Shown: positions 22,518-34,982, numbered from the stretch's first letter. The stretch: DNA of 64,000 nt from Anolis carolinensis (GCF_035594765.1 NC_085842.1:43500782-43564781), one strand, 5' to 3'. Numbers and translations are program-made. The notes: generated by a model from the sequence alone, not told the origin.

Positions 22518-24924
22518 AGGGTTGTGTAATTGTATACAGTATCTATTGTGATTGTATATATATATAGAAGCATAGAGTTGAAAGAGAACACAGGGGCCAT
22601 CTAGTTTGTTCCCCTACATGTAAGGACACATAATCAATGCACATGCATATTTACATTTCACCTTTATGTTTATCTGCCTACACTGTGATGGCATTTATAG
22701 GCTTCAGAAGTCAGTCCTGTCAATCCTGCAGTAGATTAGGGATATATGCAGACGTAAGTCAATTCTGGGGCCTTTGTGTGCCTTTTTAAAGTCATTATGG
22801 AGGTTGAGATTCCTTATCTCCTTCCACGATGACTAATATCTGCTCTATAGGAACTGAAAGTAAGTATGTTCACTGTTTGTATTAAAATGTGGTTCAATTG
22901 TACAGCATTAAGTAAAACATACACCTTTTCAGCCCTTCTGAAGAAAAGGCAATATAAGTATAATAACCTTAAGCATTGCTTTCCAAAGAATAGATTGTCA
23001 TAGTTTCCCCAATCTGCTGGAGATTGGTCTCATATTTGTGCCATATTCTTAGAATATCTGCATAATTTCTTTAAAATGTGCAAAAGATCGTCTACCAATG
23101 GTTTGTGGCCTGGCACTGCCTGTGTGGACCAGCACTGGCATAAAGAGGGAAAAAGGTTGACAACAAAATTGTACACTTCTCTACAAGGCAGGAAGCCTTC
23201 TTGAGCTCAACAGGATTACTTGTCAGATAAGTGTACCCTCAGGTGCCTACAAGAAATGCTGGAACACAGTTAAACATACTATGTTAAATATGTAACATCT
23301 AACTGAGCTCTGATTTTTTTTTCTTTCATTCAAAGCAAGTGTCTACAAACCTGCAAATTGGGATCACTATGCATGAATGAAAAAGGCTTGGGTTGTTTCT
23401 TTTAGCCTAAACAGCATCATAATCATAGTAGCATTGCAAGGAACAGTGTCACTTTCAACAATTGACTTTTTCTGGATTCATCTACTCCTGGACTGGCCTT
23501 AAATAACCTTAGTTCTGGCCCATATACATGCCAAGACTTGGCAGGTCACACCAAAATGCTTTAATCCTGGCATCTATTCATAGAAGTTATCAAATATCCC
23601 CCTTACCTACAGCACTAAGTAATCATGTGGTCTCGGGAGCATATTGATGGCCAGCCATCAAATACAGATGCAGAATATTGGGTTCAACAATAGTGGGTTC
23701 ACTTTATTTGACATTTTAAGTGAGTTGTGACTGAGAAAACAAATGGAGGAAGCAACATAATGAGTCCGGTTGTCAAATTGTGATTATCTCCTTTGTTTAT
23801 TATGCCAAGGGCAGCCCGCTTCAGGGCCTCCCGGTTTCCAAGACCTAAAGAGGTCATTCCACAGTCCCACCCTTACTTACAAGGGTAATGCCAAGTTGTA
23901 CACCAATTAGAATGGCTGTATTATCATTGTGCTATTGCAATCAAATGCCTTCCTCAACACACACAGCAAAACAACACACCCATCCCTCCACACCCTAACC
24001 AAACTCTTATATTTCCCCTTTGATATCTGAAAAACAACACCCACTAGCTATTGTAATGTTCCATATATCCAAAACTGATTATAAAAATTATACAACAAAT
24101 TTTCTAAAACCTTTCACATTATTATTGTTTTGGAAGAAGGGAGTTTTTCACACACACACCCTCCCACAAAAAGAAAAACCAGAATTGTCAGGAGGAGAAT
24201 TAAGACATGAAATATGCAGGCTAATACTTTTATTTATGGAAAACCCAGTTCTAATTAATTTTGTATGAATGAGAAAGCAAAACACTTCATACGAAGAGAA
24301 ACATTGTTACTGTAGTGTGCTTGGCTACTTCAAGTTGCTTTACTTTGTAAACCAGCCCACAGGTTATGTTACTGCGTGTAACTTGATTGTGATTATACAC
24401 AGTTTCCCTTGTCTTGACGTCTCCCATCTGAAAACCAGGCAGCATTGAACCATGTGCTTTCAAATTGGTTCCTATGAGAACAGGAAAATCTTTCTGTCTC
24501 TGATTCGTGATCTTTCTTGAAATTCATCCAGCCTCCTTATTCTATACTGGTTCTCTACTGGCTTGTGAGAATCCACTCCCCTTTCCAGATGGGTCTTGTG
24601 TGCTTGCATTTTCAAAGGCAAGCAGTTTGTTGTACATATTTTTAAGAGGAAGAGGAAGCATCTTAGCTCAAGATAGGCCTGGTCTTTTAGAGTGCACTAG
24701 AAAGCTGAGTGTGTGTTTGCTTGTCTCTTCTTGTTTAAAGGCTTGGTACTTGTCTATAAGGTAGTGAGTGGGTTGCTAAGGTTTTGTGGACAAAGAGGAC
24801 TGAGCTATTTTATTCTGACTTCAGTTATGAGCTGCATGAGCTTTTTCCCTGTGCACATTTGGAGAAAAGGGCCTGTGGCCAGCCATGCCCAAGCTGAAAA
24901 GTGTCCACTATCCAGGGGAGGGCA

Positions 24925-25745
24925 ATTAAAATGACCAAAGGTCTGGAGACCATGCCCTATGAGGAGCTGCTTAAAGAGCTGGGGATTTTTAGCCTGCAGA
25001 AGAGAAGGTTGTGAGCCATGTATAAATATTTGAGAGGATGTCATAAGGAGGAGGGAGCAAGCTTGTTTTCTGCTGCCATGGAGACAAGGACCGCTTCTAC
25101 ATAGCCATATAATCCAGATTATCAAAACATATCATCCACATTATCTGCTTTGAACTGGATTATACAAGGCCCCATGTACACTACCATATAAATTCCAAAT
25201 TGTCTCCTTTGAACTGCATTATATGTCAGTGGGAACTCATATAATCCAGTTCAAAACCGATAATGTGGATTATCTGATTTGATAATGTGGATTATATAGC
25301 AGTGTAAAAGGGCCCAAAATCTAGACTGCCATATAACCCAGTTCAAAGCAGATACAATAGATTTTATATGGAAGTGTAGAAGGGGGCTAGGACTCGGGTC
25401 CCTTCCACACAGCTGAATAAAATCCCACATTATCCGTTTTGAACTGGAATAAATGGCAGTGTGGACTCATAGGCCAATTCAAAACTGATATTGTGGAATT
25501 TTCTGCCTTGATATTTTGGGTTGTATGGTTGTGTGGAAGAGTGCTCTGAGCAATGGGTTCCAATTACAGGATAGGAGATTTCACCTGAATTTTAAGAAGG
25601 GCTCCTTTACTGCAAGAGATGTTCAACAGCAGAACTCTCTGCCTCAGAGTATGGTGAAAGCTCCTTCTTTGGAGACTTTTAAACAGAGCCTGGATGGCCA
25701 TCTGTCAGGGGTAATTTGAATGTGCTTTCCCTGCATGGCAGAGGG
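24925..25745 (+). mobile_element. Old CR1 3' fragment interrupted by three MITEs
   Basis: [19 protein letters not shown] before and NGFQLQDRRFHLNF...LDGHLSGVI after the MITE cluster. Confidence 0.8.
25088..25545. mobile_element. Cluster of three Harbinger-type MITEs (one nested, one adjacent)
   Basis: A about 25088-25387 contains B about 25167-25315; C about 25396-25545; ggcccc(t/a)tc(t/c)acac-type TIRs. Confidence 0.7.
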
Positions 25746-25965
25746 TTGTGACCTTGTCACATGGTCACCAGAATGGCCACGCTTTGTGGCAAATCCGACA
25801 ACCACTACATCCCACTAGAGTATGGATCCACTTTCAAATCCAGTTTCTGTCTCCTGCAGATTTCTAGGGTTTGTAGTTTAGGGAGGGGCTTTTAAACTGC
25901 TCAGCTAGCCTGGTCTTGGGATTTACTAAACGAACAACCCAAAGTTAGTCTCTAGTGTGATGAGG

Positions 25966-26148
25966 CTAATAATAGTTGGATTCCATTGCTCCATGTCTAA
26001 AGCAGTAAAAAAACAAACTTGCTCCATCTTCAATTTGACATCCTTTCAAAGAGTTAAGCATGGCTACTATGGTCGTTTTTACTCTTCTATTCTCTAGGCA
26101 AAACATACCCAATTCCTTCAAATGCATTTCATAGGGCTTTGTTTCCAC
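25966..26148 (-). mobile_element. Old CR1 fragment
   Basis: ETKPYEMHLKELGMFCLENRR. Confidence 0.75.
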
Positions 26149-27114
26149 ACCAGTAGTATGTTAATACGGGGCTTGAAATGAAACAGAAAAACTCAGCTCC
26201 AGATTAAGCCTGTATCTGTCTCAAAAGCAGAACAAAATTATATTCGAAGCAACTATTGTCTCCTAGATATCTTTGGACCATAGTTCCCATCAGCCTTTCC
26301 TTAGAAGAGTCAATGGCAAGGGAGTATGGGAGGTAACTCTCTAGAAACATCTGAAGGTTCCCTATTCAATTTTTAAATAATAATCCAGGCAAATATTTGT
26401 GAACATTCTGCTTTTGATTTATGTTTTATTTGATGTATTCAGAGAAGGCAGATGTCTCTGAAAAGACAGCATCATACAATCTAGTTATCATAAATCTGAA
26501 CTGATCCCCATTATTTCCTAAAACACATAATGTAAATATTTTACAGGTGATATTATACAAAATGCCTGTAAGATATTAACCTTTCTGAGGAAACCAAAAC
26601 CACGCATTGAATCTTTCTTTGTGTTATTCCTTATTAATATTAAATTAGCCAGCTTATGTCTAGTAACTGAGGTTGCTATGTATAATTAAAATGTCTGTAT
26701 TACTTCACTGTGCTTTGCTGCAAGGAAAGCACATTCATGCAAGAGTAATTTGCAAGCTCTACCCCTTCTTTACTGCAAAAATATGACTTGATTTTTTTTA
26801 AAAAAAGTTTATATATGTTTTGATGTGTATTTTGTTTGAAGAACTGGAAACATATTTTTCATCTGCAAAAAAACTCAAGAGTTTCTATAATGGAAAATAC
26901 GGCGAGGCTTCCAGATTTGTGTGCTTAACTTTTGCAGATTTGATTAATACATTCTCTCTAGGAACTTCAAGATCCTCTACTGCAATGTTATGGCCAACTT
27001 CAACTGGATACTTCAGTTAGGACAACTACATTTTAAGTGTAACTCCAGCCAAAGATCTATAGATGATGGATAGCTAGACATACACATACATATACATACA
27101 TACTTTGGATAGCA

Positions 27115-27404
27115 TAGAGAAGACTTAACACCCCTGTGGTGTTTTTTGCGGTCTGTGCCCCATCCAGAAGATTTCACCTCACTTTCTGTCCCTGTGATAA
27201 TTGGATTTTAAAAAAATTGGCTTGTTGTTAAAACAGGAATTGTGATAAAGCTTTGGCAGAGACATCTTTCTCCCATGATAACTCTTTCAGGGGTAAATTT
27301 TAACTTCTGAGGAGTAGATGTCTCTCGCTTCCTATTGTCTCACTTCCGTTCTTAATAATGAGTCATTTGTAAGTCAGATGTTTGTAACTTGTGGACTGCC
27401 TGTA
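27115..27404. mobile_element. Tc1/mariner-type MITE (partial)
   Basis: Terminus tttgtaacttgtggactgcctgta. Confidence 0.55.
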
Positions 27405-28031
27405 CATGGTTTTTCTGCTATTTCAGATATCTTGCACTCCTAGCCCATGCAAAAGTGCAAGGCCCACTGCATAGTATAATCCAGGGTTTGGAAACATTTC
27501 TGTAATTACAAGCATAATCCTTCATCCTGTTGCTACTGGTATGATGCCTGGGAATTCTGATAAGTATGATCTGCAAGCTATGATCCCCCCCCCCAAGCTC
27601 TAATATAATTTACCTCACTGGTTTGATACAGAAATCTTGTAGGTAGTTATATGGATTGGAGACAAATGAATGCCCATTTGTGATATTTTTAAAGGAATAT
27701 AACTGAAAAAAGATTAAGCTTGTTGAAAATCTAGGGTCTAGTTCCAACTAGACTGAACACATTGATTCAATGGAATTTCCACAAGTGTTGACTTCGCATT
27801 AATCAACTTACTTAATGATTTTGCCTTAATTCAGACTACCAATTGAGTTTAGACTCAATCATAACAGTTTCAACTCCGTGTTCAGCTCTGAAGCTAGTTT
27901 GAAATGGGTCAAAGAAGTGTGTGTCATCCAAGTCCGCCTGGAGTTGGATGGCAACATTTGCATATACCTTGGCCTTATGGTAGAAAGCTCAAGGGAACTT
28001 GTATGGTTTTCATGTGTATTTTAGGGTGTGT

Positions 28032-28166
28032 CAGACATGGGCAAAACTTGGCGCTTCATGTGTTTTGGCCTTCAATTCCCAGAAATGCCAGCCAGTTTAC
28101 TAGCTGTTGGGAATTGTGGGAGTTGAAGTTCAAAACACCTAGAGGGCCAAATTTTGCCCATGCCTG
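28032..28166. mobile_element. hAT-type MITE
   Basis: TIRs cagacatgggcaaaa / ttttgcccatgcctg; TSD not evident. Confidence 0.65.
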
Positions 28167-28227
28167 ATCTGATCTGTATAATAGATGCTATTGGACATCA
28201 CTTTACTATCCATGGCTTTATGCTATG

Positions 28228-29345
28228 GAGTGGCTTGTAGGTCTTCTTTTAAATGTGAACAGACTAGGTTATCACCAGCATATTAGAGTTCTATAACCGA
28301 TGTTGTTGTGACCTTGGTTTTGGCTTTCAGTCTGCTGAGGTTAAATAGCTTGCAATCTGTCCAATAGATGATTTTCACTTTGGTGGGAAGCTTCCCATCA
28401 GCAAGTTGACAGGAAGCATACGAGAAGCTCGGCCTCTCATTGAACACTGAGAAAACCAAAGTGCTCTTCCAGCAGTCACCAGCCAATCCCTCTGCAATGC
28501 GAGAAATACATCTTAATGGTATAACATTAGAAAAAGTTGACCATTTCTGCTACCTTAGCAGCCAGCTTTCCACAAAAGTCAACATTGAAACTGAAATACA
28601 ACACTGCCTGAGTTCTGTGAGTGCAGCATTTTTCCGAATGAAGCAGAGAGTGTTGAGGACCCGGACATCCATAGGGACACCAAGGTGCTTGTTTAGAAAG
28701 CTATTGTCCACCTAACCCTGTTATACGCTTGTGAAATATGGACAGTCTACAGATGTCACACTCAACTCCTGGAACGATTCCATCAGTGTAGCCTCCAAAA
28801 TATCATGCAAATCTCTTGGGAAGACAGGTGGACTGTCTTCCCAAGTATGCTGGAAGAAGCAAAGACCACCAGCATTGAAGCGATGCTCCTAACCCATCAA
28901 CTCCACTGGACTGGCCACATTGTCCGAATGCCTGACATTGTCTCCCAAAGCAGTTACTATACTCCTAACTCAAGAATGGAAAACGGAATGTTGGTGGACA
29001 GTAAAAGAAATTTAAAGATGGGCTTAAAGCTAACCTTAAAACCTGTGGCATATAAACTGAGAACAGGGAAGCCCTGGCCTTTAACGCTCTAACTGGAGTT
29101 CAGCTGTGACCGTGGAATTCAAAGAGGTACAAATGAAGGGCAAATGGGAGAAATGTGCCAAGAGGAAGGGACATCAAGTCAACCCTGACTGGGACTGCCT
29201 TCTACCTGGAAACCGGTGCCCTTACTGTAGAAGAACAGGTGGGTCAAGAATAGGGCTCCACAGTCATTTACGTATCCACCACCAAGACACTACACTTAGA
29301 AGGCCATCATACTGGGACAACGAGGGATCGCCTAAGTAAGTAATT
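28228..29345 (+). mobile_element. RTE-clade LINE, 5'-truncated with inverted 5' segment
   Basis: 28228-28405 (minus) encodes GKLPT...LFNLSRLKAKTKV...*YAGDNLV...DLQAT; from 28413 (plus) EAYEKLGLSLNTEKTKV...; (TAAG)n tail; tatggagt at both flanks. Confidence 0.88.
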
Positions 29346-30394
29346 AAGAAATTATGGAGTCTTGGCATTTGAGGTTTGATGAGGAACTGGCTTTCTTTGG
29401 AAGAGAAGACCAAAGACTTTATAAAGCTACAAATCCTATGATTCCATAATACTGAGCCACGGCAATTAAAATAGTATCAAACTGCATTGGTTCTACAGTA
29501 TAGATCCACCCATAGCCTCATCCGACAGAAAGGTCATGTGATGTATCTGATGTCTCTTTTGGAAACTGTTAAAGCTGGTGGTATTCATTGCATCTTGTAG
29601 CAACAAAACTGCAAGACAAAACTGAAGACAAAAACAACAGACAACCTTGTGATGCTTTGAAGATTACACATATATCTGATGGATGTGATGCAGTTCACAT
29701 AAGCTTATGCCACAGAAAACTAGTTTGCTTTTAAGATCTCACAAGTTTTCTGTGTGTTTTTGATGTAACAGACATGTACAGCTACTGCTGACAAATTAAT
29801 GATATATTCTTTGAAGAACTTAGTTTACTGCAAGTATTGCTCATCACTCGCAATTGAGAAAAAATAAATTGGATCAGTTAAACTGGTATAAGAAGAATTC
29901 ATATCGGTGGGAGATGTCACCTGAAAATTCAATGATTAATCGAGGTATTCTCTGTGATCCCCATTATAGCCTTACTGGATATGAAACAACTGGGTTGTGA
30001 TAGCTGGAAATAGCGCTATTTCTTTCTGTCTATGACACCAGTTTATGATGCTACAGTGTAGTCATGGCTGTCAAGGAAGGATAAATAGTAGCCCAGGAGA
30101 CGGACAAAGAGACCAGATAGTTGGTGTGTATATGAGTGATGGTTGAAGTAAAGACAAAATAGTGCTTATATCATTAGGATGGGATGTGTACTGCTTCAGT
30201 TCAGTTCAGTTCAGTTCCCAAAGCAATGTGAAAATTCTGGAATTTGGCTTTCATGCTGGAAGTTAATGCTACTGTTATTTTTTGTATGTCATAGCATTGG
30301 GTTCATCTAGCTCCAGTCCAAGAGATCAATATTGATGTGGCTGATTAAGACTGATGCTGTTTGGAAGCAATTGGCACTAAGTGAAAAGTGGAAT

Positions 30395-30750
30395 GATTGA
30401 AGTCGCTGGCCATGTTTAGCTTCAAGAGAAGACTGAAATATGATCACCTTAAAATATCGGAAGGGGTATTATTCAGAAGATGGATCAAGCTTGGTTTCTG
30501 TTGTTCCAGAGGATCGAACTTGAACCAATGGATTCAAATTACAATAAATGAGATTTTGACTAGAACTTAGAAAGAACCTTCTGATGGGAAAAGCTGTTTG
30601 AAATTAGAACAGAGCAACACGGAAAGAAGTTAACCACCTTTATTGAGGTTAGGTGGTTGCCTCTCAAGAGTGTTTTAGTTGTGGATTTCTGCACGGCAGA
30701 GATTTGAGTAGTTGGCTCTTGGGAACCTCTCCAACTCTATGATTCTGTGA
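30395..30750 (+). mobile_element. Old CR1 3' fragment
   Basis: ccaatggattcaaattacaa...ctccaactctatgattctgtga tail. Confidence 0.7.
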
Positions 30751-30831
30751 CATGAACAGAGGACATGAGTCATCTTGTACAATGGTCTTCGTTAAGGGTG
30801 ACAAAACCTTCCAGTTAAAGAACTACAGTTT

Positions 30832-31046
30832 CAGGGTTGTATGTTTTCTGGACTGTATGACCATGTTCCAGAAGTATTCTCTCCTGACGTTTCGCCCACA
30901 TCTACGGCAGGCATCCTCAGAGGTTGTGAGGATGCCTGCCATAGATGTGGGCAAAACGTTAGGAGAGAATACTTCTGGAACATTGCCATACAGCCCGGAA
31001 AACATACAACAACCCTGTGATCCCGGCCATGAAAGCCTTTGACAAC
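30832..31046. mobile_element. Penelope-like element: inverted terminal-repeat pair
   Basis: About 90-bp inverted arms (30832-30920 / 30927-31017) plus gtgatcccggccatgaaagcc extension; homologues at 1704, 52333 and 53666. Confidence 0.8.
30883..30923 (-). ncRNA. Minimal type I hammerhead ribozyme motif
   Basis: CCT-CTGAGGA-T-GCCTGC(cgtagat)GTGGGC-GAAA-CGTC^AGG: intact CUGANGA/GAAA core, GUC cleavage triplet, palindromic ACGT stem III. Confidence 0.75.
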
Positions 31047-31712
31047 AAACTAGTTTCCATCATACATAATCTGGAGGAGTTAAAATTGAAATCTAACATC
31101 AGCTTTCCCACTCATGGGCAAATGAAACCAAGATACATTTCATGAGTGGTCTTCGTGTACTAAATACTGGAATTCAACCCCACACTGCTGAAGTCTCCAG
31201 TCCTCAATGAGGATAAGTTAGTTAAGCTGAGGAATTCCCTTTCCCCATGACTTCTGTATGACATTTGGAATGTAACTATTTGCTTTCTCCTCTCTGTTTC
31301 TGTTCTCAATTCTGATTGGTTGTGTAGAATTTATTATTTACAGCATTTACAGCATTTATATTCTTGTAGAATGGATACTTTTCTACTGCAACCCTTTACT
31401 TCTGACTTCAACTTTTGCATCTGTGTGTGCTGTGTGCTGTGTGTTTTGAGATCTCTCTCTGCCTGTGTGTCGGGAGAGATTTAGTGATTGGTGTTTTTCC
31501 CCCCTCTTTGAAACCTTAGAAGAAATGGGTGTTAGAGTAGTTCAGATCCAGTTCTTAACTATTAAGAAGTGTACTTATTATTACTGTAAATAATCCTTTT
31601 GTGATGTTTAAGATTAGATTCTTTACTTGCCTAAGCTCTAAATTCTTTACAGAAGAAGGCAAAGGCACCTGCCTGAATAAATCTTATTGTGATCTTATTG
31701 TGTGCCTTAGGG

Positions 31713-32365
31713 CAGTGGTTCTCATTCTTCCTAATGCCGTGACCCCTTAATACAGTTCCTCATGTTGTGGTGACCCACAACCATAAAATTATTACTTCTT
31801 AACTGTTAGCTGTCATTTTGCTACTGTTATGAATCGTAATGTAAATATCTGATATACAGAATGTATATTCATTCACTGGACTAAATTTGGCATGAATACC
31901 CGATACACTCATATTTGAATATTGATGGGGTTGGGGGAGGGTTGATTTTGTCATTTGGGAGTTGTCGTTGCTGAGATTTATAGTTCACCTATGCTCAAAG
32001 AGCATTCTGAACCCTGCCAACAATGGAATCGAACCAATCCTGGCACACAGAACTCCCATGACCAACAGGAAATACTGGAAGGTTTGGTGGGCATTGACCT
32101 TGAGTTTGGAAGTTGTAGTTCACCTACATCCAGAGAGAACTGTGAACTCAAGCAATGATGGATCTGGACCAAACTTGGCACAAATACTTGACATTTGAGA
32201 GTTGTAGTTGCTGGGATTTATAGTTCACCTACAATCAAAGAGCCCCTTGAACCCCACCAATTAGATTTGGGCCAAACTTCCCACACAGAACCCCCATAAC
32301 TACCAGAAAATACTGGTCATTGGCGACCCCCCCAGGGGTCCCGACCCCCAAATTGAGAAACACTG
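31713..32365. mobile_element. SPIN (Space Invader) hAT MITE inserted in an older SINE
   Basis: Starts cagtggttctc...cctaatgccgtgaccccttaatacagttcctcatgttgtggtgacc (SPIN/URR1 end); TIR ttgagaaacactg; 8-bp TSD ccttaggg / tcttaggg. Confidence 0.85.
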
Positions 32366-33529
32366 TCTTAGGGTCTCCATAAGTTGGAAATGACTAGAAG
32401 GGACACAACAACAATATGCACTTACAATTACTCCTACAAATAAGTACTGGAAACCTTCTTCAGCATTACAATTAAGTGTGATCCTGTAAACTAAGTTCTG
32501 GAAAGGTGAGATGGCTAGCAATTCTATACATTGTATCTGCTGAGTGTATTTTAAATGTTAGCCTCTTGTTTATGAGATGGTAACAATTAAGAGTGCTCCT
32601 TCCATGTGAATAATTGAAGCCCAGCATGCACTCTGCATAAGTGGAATCTATGGTGGTGTTTATTCTCCGCACATATTGTATAACTGATAAATAATCCCAA
32701 GTTGTAATTTAAATGCCTTAGTTGTTTTTATTTTTTTTTTAAACCAGTGAATTATGAATTTTGTAAATGGGGAAGTAAGTATCCTGGGATGCTTACTAGC
32801 TATGAATAACTGAACATCTTTTCTTGCTCTCTCACCCTCTCCTCTCTTCCTTACAAGATAAACACTGCTTCATATTTCAAAAGAAAACTTCACACCCAAA
32901 CAGGCAGTGCACTACCAAGCTAGTTTCATTGTGGATGCTAAATACTTCTCTGCACGTTATCTCTGTAGCTCAGAAAATGTGCCCAAGGTAATTTGGTAGA
33001 AACAGGTTTCTAATGGGCAAAGCAAGCCTCAAGAGCCATCTAGAGGTTGCAGTTTGTCTCTCCCTGAAAGAAGACAGCTGGCTTGACAGATTTACAAGGA
33101 ATTAATGCTTGCAACGTCCCTCCTCCCTTCTGTAACAAAACAAATGGACATTTTTATTTTAGATCTTAAAAATTGTAATAACAACTGGAGAACAATGTAA
33201 AGATTATGGAACAATCAACAGCTCTGTTCAAATAATCTGTGTTTTTCTGAACACTGGGCTATCCATTTCAATATCCCAGGACATTCTTACCAAGGCTGAA
33301 AAAGATCCTAGGATGAAGCTGCTAAATTGGGATTTATTTTACAGCAAAGAACTTGGTCTTCCCTGCCCTTCTATGATGGCGGGGTCCAGTGCTCCTGTGA
33401 GGCAAGAGGCTTTACTGATAGACTAATTGTGAGAGCCATTGTGATGAAGTGGTTAGGATATTGAATTAGGACTTTCGAGACCAGAGTTACGATCTCTCAG
33501 ACTCAAAGGAAGGCAGTGGCAAATTATTG

Positions 33530-34080
33530 TTATATTATTATTCACCCTGCTTTTCTCCTGATAATGGGACACAAGGCAGCTAACAGCATATTAAAAACAA
33601 CACAAAAACCAGAATAAAAGTATAAATATACAATAACTGTACAAACAATTAAACTATTTGTAAATTAACATATTTAAAATTAAAAATGCAAACACATAAA
33701 ACCCTTTTATTAATCATAATAACAATACTTTACAGCATTAAGAGCCCAATAGTCATGGTGGACCAGCATTGTTTTTACCTGCTGCATGAAAGAGATCATG
33801 GATGAGCCTGTCCTGGCTTCTCTAGGGAGGAAGTTCCAAAGGTCTAGGAACAGTCACCGAGGCCCCATCTTCATTGCCATATAATCCAGATTATCAAAGT
33901 AGATAATCCACAGTATCTGATTTGAACTGGATTATATGAGTCTACACTGCCATATAATCCAGTTCAAAGTAGATATGATGGTTTTTATCTGGCAGGGTAG
34001 ATGGGGCCCAAGGAGACTGTCCCCCTTGATCCTATCAAACAAGACTGGGAAGGTGGTGGGATAGAGACAAGATGATTTTA
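33530..34080 (-). mobile_element. Old L2 3' end containing a Harbinger-type MITE
   Basis: L2-type tail (ttattcaccctgcttttctcc...caaggcagctaac) and tctagggaggaagttcca motif. Confidence 0.55.
33861..34008. mobile_element. Harbinger-type MITE
   Basis: Perfect 10-bp TIR ggccccatct / agatggggcc. Confidence 0.8.
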
Positions 34081-34685
34081 GAGCCCCAATTGAATCACAC
34101 CTGATTTTGCTGTCTAGGCTCTTCTGAAGCCCTGAGATATTCAGCAGTTTCTAGAGTTTATCCCAACTTTGCTAAAGTTTTAAGTTAAAAATCCCATTAT
34201 ACTTATTGAAAGCCACTGTGCATCATGTGTGCAACCAGTAATTCATTTGCAGTGAATATAGGTACGCAAATAGAATGAGTCAACATTTGGCACCTGGAGC
34301 AACAGTAGCCTGAGCAATGAGGTATTTGGAGACGGGAGGGATGAAAGAGGATCAATTTACCTCTCCCTCTCCCTTTCCTGCATGATTTCTTAACTCTGGC
34401 TATCATCATTACAGGCACCAAACAGTGAACACCATCATTTTCATGCCCAGTTGGCACCACAAAGCCAAGAATGATGGTTAAAGATTAGTGGTGCTGAACC
34501 ACTTCCGGAACCGCTGCATTGTGTGGATGTCATCCAGCACTCTGGATAACTCAGGAACATACATTGTGGCTGACTGTGCAGATCATGCCCCACTCTGGAT
34601 CAGTATTGCCATTTATGGCTCATGCAGATGTACCATCAGTCTTAATAGTAACTTGTGACATTAAATATTTTCTATATATTGGCAG

Positions 34686-34982
34686 GGAGACCTCGGTGGC
34701 ACAGCGGGTTGGTAATTCGAATCCAGGGAGCAGGGTGAGCTCCCACTGTTAGCCCCAGCTTCTGCCAACCTAGCACTTCGAAAACATGCAAATGTGAGTA
34801 GATCAATAGGTACTGCTTCGGTGGGAAGGTAACGGTGCTCCATGCAGTCATGCCGGCCACATGACCTTGGAGGTGTTTGCGGACAACGCTGGCTCTTTGG
34901 CTTAGAAATGGGGATGAGCAACAACCCCCAGAGTCGGACACGACTAGACTTAATGTCAGGGGGAAACTTTACCTTTACCTTT
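34686..34982 (+). mobile_element. Sauria SINE
   Basis: tRNA-like head with small deletion, (ACCTTT)n tail, 12-bp TSD tatatattggca. Confidence 0.92.

Noticed and set aside
30746-31651. Possible second solo LTR (tgtgac...ctttaca)
   Set aside because: LTR-like composition, but no TSD found and the left boundary overlaps a CR1 tail.
32858-32987. Possible 130-nt plus-strand exon after a strong pyrimidine tract
   Set aside because: AAG acceptor, unrecognisable peptide and no further support.
34800-34950. HDV-like ribozyme in the Sauria SINE body
   Set aside because: Several hairpins are present, but I could not map a nested double pseudoknot or a J4/2 motif.
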